A program made the position numbers and the translations under genes. 64,000 nucleotides of DNA from assembly GCA_963786955.1 (NCBI GenBank), contig CAWBAT010000005.1, forward strand, positions 650,860 through 714,859, given 5' to 3'. Source of the stretch: an uncultured Acidimicrobiia bacterium (GTDB lineage Bacteria > Acidobacteriota > Terriglobia > Versatilivoradales > Versatilivoraceae). The notes under the pieces were generated by a model. That model had not been told where the DNA came from. It saw only the letters and a list, made by a program, of their open reading frames with translations, and did not search any database. Within the stretch, counting starts at the first letter, position 1. Each line of letters begins with the position of its first letter. Of the stretch, positions 60,661 through 64,000 are shown piece by piece.

Positions 60661-60934
60661 TCACTTTCCCCATCTCTTTGGACTCAATACTGAAGAGCGA
60701 AACATTACCACAATCCAAAAGCTTTTTGATGTATAATATGGTGGAGCTTGTAATAGAGGAAAAGTGGCGGAATTTTCGAGCATTCCGGATACGGGCTGTA
60801 CCGTTTCTTGAATCCTTCAGGGCAGTCAATTCATCATCATTTCCTGATCCCGTACCGTCTTCAAGTTTCTCCTGGTCGAAATTGACCGTAACATTTTGAT
60901 TCATTAGCAGTGTCTTCTCTTTGGAGAGACCGTA

Positions 60935-61339
60935 ATGCAACGATTCTTCCTGAGCGTGGTGGTTTTTCTTGGGTCATGCTTGATTTTAGTCTCGTCTCCG
61001 CTCTTCATCAAGTCTGCGCCCCAGGATCAGCCATTTTCTGCAATAAGAGATCAGGCAAAAAGTCCATTCCAGAAAAAGCTCCACCAATCGGAGTCCGGTC
61101 GCCCGCAATCAGCTGTTGCCCAAGGGGGGCAAGTTGGAAAAGCCGTCCTCATCCTGGAGACGCGAGACAACCGAATCACGGTTTACTGCGGCGAGAATTC
61201 CCTGCTTTACACGGTGAGCACTGGAGGGGGTGCCATTTTGGCTGAAAGGCTCAAAGGATCGGACTTAAAAGACCGCTTCCCTGAACTCTACGACATTGTC
61301 ACGGGAACGGCCTGGGCTGGTGAAATACACACGCCTTAA
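60935..61339 (+). CDS. secreted hypothetical protein
   Basis: 134 aa with signal peptide MQRFFLSVVVFLGSCLILVSSPLFIKSAPQ. No domain recognised. Confidence 0.35.
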   Translation: MQRFFLSVVVFLGSCLILVSSPLFIKSAPQDQPFSAIRDQAKSPFQKKLHQSESGRPQSAVAQGGQVGKAVLILETRDNRITVYCGENSLLYTVSTGGGAILAERLKGSDLKDRFPELYDIVTGTAWAGEIHTP

Positions 61340-62083
61340 TGTCGCTCAATGACGGTGGCGGAATTCTGTAAGGTTCAATCGTTTCTCTGGATTTTCAGAT
61401 ACCCATTCCCCGCCCTTTCATTGAAAACCATCTTAGGACCTAGTGGAGAAATTTTATGGCTAGAGGTTGGGAGAGCAAATCTGTTGAAAATCAAATTGAC
61501 GATTCCCATTCTGAGAAAACAGATCAAGTTGCCGTTGTGAGCAAAGGCCGCCATATCAATAGGCCTTTACGCCCTTCGCGCGAGAAGGAGGCATTGCTTC
61601 TGGCTCGGACACGGCTCTTGAGCGATATCCAGTCCACAGAAAACCCGCGTTACAAATCGTTTCTGGAGACTTCGCTGGCTGCAGTCGACAAGCAGATTTC
61701 CGAAATTCAATGAACGCAAATGCAGGGGCCCGATTGGTCGGAACGTGCTGATAGTTCTCCCCAAAAATGGCATTTCTTGGACTCGTAAAACAAGCAAATG
61801 AGTCCCGATTCCTCACATTTTCGGAGAGGGTTTGTCTTCATTTGCCTTTCACAGTGAGGCAGTGAAACTCGCGCATACTCATATTGAGAACTGAGACGTG
61901 AATAGGTCTCTCCAGGAATCGTTCCAGAAATTCGCATATGGAGTTATTTTTGGTTTAAATAGTAGAATCTTGCGATTATCATGAATCGTTGAGCAGGGTG
62001 CCCATCGATGTCGGTAGGAACAATCAGTTGGTTGGTTGCTCAGAAACCCGCAAATAGTGGGCGAAGTAAGAAAGAGGGGCAGG

Positions 62084-63026
62084 ATGTCTCAAGATCTTTC
62101 CGGCCTAATCCACCATCTGATCGATCGTCGCCAAGCTCTCCGCACCTTGATCGCCGGCGGTGTTGGCTGGACAATGCGATCCTTCATTGGAGCTTTTTGC
62201 GAAGAATCCACCCCGTAAGATTCTATTTTTCTCCAAATCGTCAGGCTACGAACATAGTGCTATCCGGCGCAACAGCAATGGACTCAGTCCTGCTGAAATA
62301 GTGCTCATCGAGTTAGGCAAAACTCATGGATTTGATGTCGTTGCCACCAAGGATGGATCCATTTTCACTCGTCAAAATCTTAAAGGATTCGATGCGATCT
62401 TCTTTTATACAACCGGAGATTTGACCCAGTCGATGGGAGATAAGAACCCGCCGATGACAATTGAGGGTAAAGTAGCTCTCCTCGAGGCGATTCGATCCGG
62501 GAAAGGGTTTCTTGGGACCCATTCAGCCACAGACACTTTCCACTCTCCTGGCCTTGAATTTGAAACTCAACCCATTGAGAGAAGGGATCCTTATATTCAG
62601 ATGATCGGAGGAGAATTCATCCGCCACGGCCCCCAGCAGGAGGCCACCCTGCGCGTGACTTCACCCCGCTTTCCCGGAGTCGAAAAACTAGGAACGGAAT
62701 TTCAGATCAAAGACGAATGGTATTCATTGAAGAACTTTGCTCCGGATCTTCATGTCATCCTGGTACAGGTGACGCAGGGGATGGAAGGAACCGATTACCA
62801 GCGCCCAGATTATCCGGCAACATGGGCTCGCAAAGATGGCAAAGGACGAGTATTCTATACTTCAATGGGCCACCGGGAAGACGTCTGGACCAACCCGATT
62901 TTTCAGAGCGTGTTGCTCGGCGGGATTGCCTGGGCAGTGGGCAATGTCAAGGCCGCGGTCCCACCCAATATTTCGGAGGCCACTCCGAAGGCAGGGACGA
63001 TCCCTCCAAAGCCCCCAAAATCCTGA
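62084..63026 (+). CDS. ThuA-like (trehalose-utilisation / class-I glutamine-amidotransferase-like) protein with Tat signal; frame break near 62180
   Basis: Twin-arginine leader MSQDLSGLIHHLIDRRQALRTLIAGGVG (ORF 62036-62218). Body KILFFSKSSGYEHS…FDAIFFYTTGDL…GKGFLGTHSATDTF…YQRPDYPATWARKDGKGRVFYTSMGH is typical of the ThuA family. Confidence 0.65.
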
Positions 63027-63086
63027 ACGTAATGTTCATCAGTTTCTCAATTAACTGTGAAGTCGGTTCCTGGTGACAGCTTTTCC

Positions 63087-63968
63087 TTAGACTTCGGCTT
63101 TCACAATCGGAAATGCATCGAAGCATACCAGTGCACCCCCAACAAAAATCAGAAATCTCTTAAACTGGCTCCAGGCCGGGACGCCTGGCGCCGCAAATCT
63201 ACTTAGGCTCTGGACAGAATTGTTGATTTTTGAACCCATGAGCCTGTTCTCTTCGATAAAAGGATCTTGAGATACTAGTGCCGGTAAGATTCCCATCTTG
63301 ACCAGCACCGGCCTGAATTCATATCTCAAGCTGATGGTGGAAGCTGGCGCCGGTTCCAGTTCCATGGAAACCCACTGGATCGGGTGGTCACTTCTTTGCC
63401 CCATCCCTGTTGCTGCGTATTCATCCTTTTTAGGGGCTGCGGCCGCGGCTTCATTTGAAGCCATCGAAGAACGGTCCGCCTCTTCATTGGACTTCATTGG
63501 AGCCGGGCCGGCCCCATTGAGGTTGCCTGCAGACCGGGATTTATGCATGTCCTGAGACAAGGCCGGATGAGGCTCAACACAAATCTTCTCTTTATAAAAT
63601 ACAGCTGAGATGACCCCTAAATTCTGATCATGCCCAAGCCATTTTCCATAGGAATTCTCTTCCGAGGTGAAAAAGAATCTCTTCGCTTCTTTTTGATTCA
63701 CTTGCCACCCTTCAATGGTGATGGTTTCGTAGGGACCCAGGACCCATTTTTTCGCATTCATTGCCGTGGTGTGCCGGGCATCAATAGTATTAAGACCGTC
63801 CACGGCCAAGGCTACCGCAACTCGTCGATTAAAAGGGTTTCTCAACCGAACCGAATACTCCCTGTCCTTTATTGCTTCTATGTAGTTTTTTCCATTATGG
63901 AAATATTCTGGAGCAGGGTTACCATTAACCAGAATCTCCAGGTCGAAGCCATCTTGCCCGGCAGCCAT
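63087..63968 (-). CDS. hypothetical protein (Ala/Pro-rich central linker)
   Basis: 293 aa with no recognised motif. Low-complexity SNEAAAAAPKKDEYAATG region in the middle. Confidence 0.35.
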   Translation of the reverse strand: MAAGQDGFDLEILVNGNPAPEYFHNGKNYIEAIKDREYSVRLRNPFNRRVAVALAVDGLNTIDARHTTAMNAKKWVLGPYETITIEGWQVNQKEAKRFFFTSEENSYGKWLGHDQNLGVISAVFYKEKICVEPHPALSQDMHKSRSAGNLNGAGPAPMKSNEEADRSSMASNEAAAAAPKKDEYAATGMGQRSDHPIQWVSMELEPAPASTISLRYEFRPVLVKMGILPALVSQDPFIEENRLMGSKINNSVQSLSRFAAPGVPAWSQFKRFLIFVGGALVCFDAFPIVKAEV

Positions 63969-64000
63969 AAGCGGCGTGCATGAGAGCCAAGGCGATAAGT

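Overview
This 64-kb window, from a bacterium of about 50% GC, is almost entirely protein-coding and contains at least 20-25 reading-frame breaks inside otherwise conserved genes. That pattern looks like uncorrected indel errors from a draft or long-read assembly, so several CDS below are reported as single genes spanning two to four table ORFs.

The main blocks, in order:
- 1.3-11.3 kb: a multiheme c-type cytochrome island. It has a membrane-anchored NapC/NirT-like cytochrome, then an MtrC-like decaheme, an MtrA-like 334-aa decaheme and a roughly 700-aa outer-membrane beta-barrel in mtrCAB order, then a further pentaheme cytochrome and a CDF metal transporter.
- 13.4-25.8 kb: a tight lipid-biosynthesis cluster. 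It comprises a HAD-IB::fatty-acyl reductase, a second thioester reductase, a pyruvyl-transferase-like protein, two acyl-CoA ligases, an ICMT-like methyltransferase, a crotonase-ACP fusion, a lipid kinase and a PlsC acyltransferase. The module recalls myxobacterial ElbD ether-lipid machinery split into separate genes.
- 25.9-33.7 kb: a high-GC (about 62%) block with two Cys-type sulfatases, a HAD hydrolase and a membrane protein. It lies about 2 kb from a candidate tRNA-Sec (selC).
- 36-42 kb: NUDIX, crotonase, gmd and rmlC-like housekeeping genes.
- 42.7-50.3 kb: a non-canonical nuo cluster (nuoA, DHH phosphoesterase, nuoD, F, G, H, I) lacking nuoB, C, E and J-N.
- 50.3-58.7 kb: an array of RHS/YD-repeat C-terminal toxin cassettes. 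It includes an HExxH-type toxin, putative immunity genes, and nine copies of a novel roughly 120-bp hairpin repeat, plus a second repeat family.
- 59-64 kb: an inositol monophosphatase gene, a Tat-exported ThuA-like gene and hypothetical proteins.
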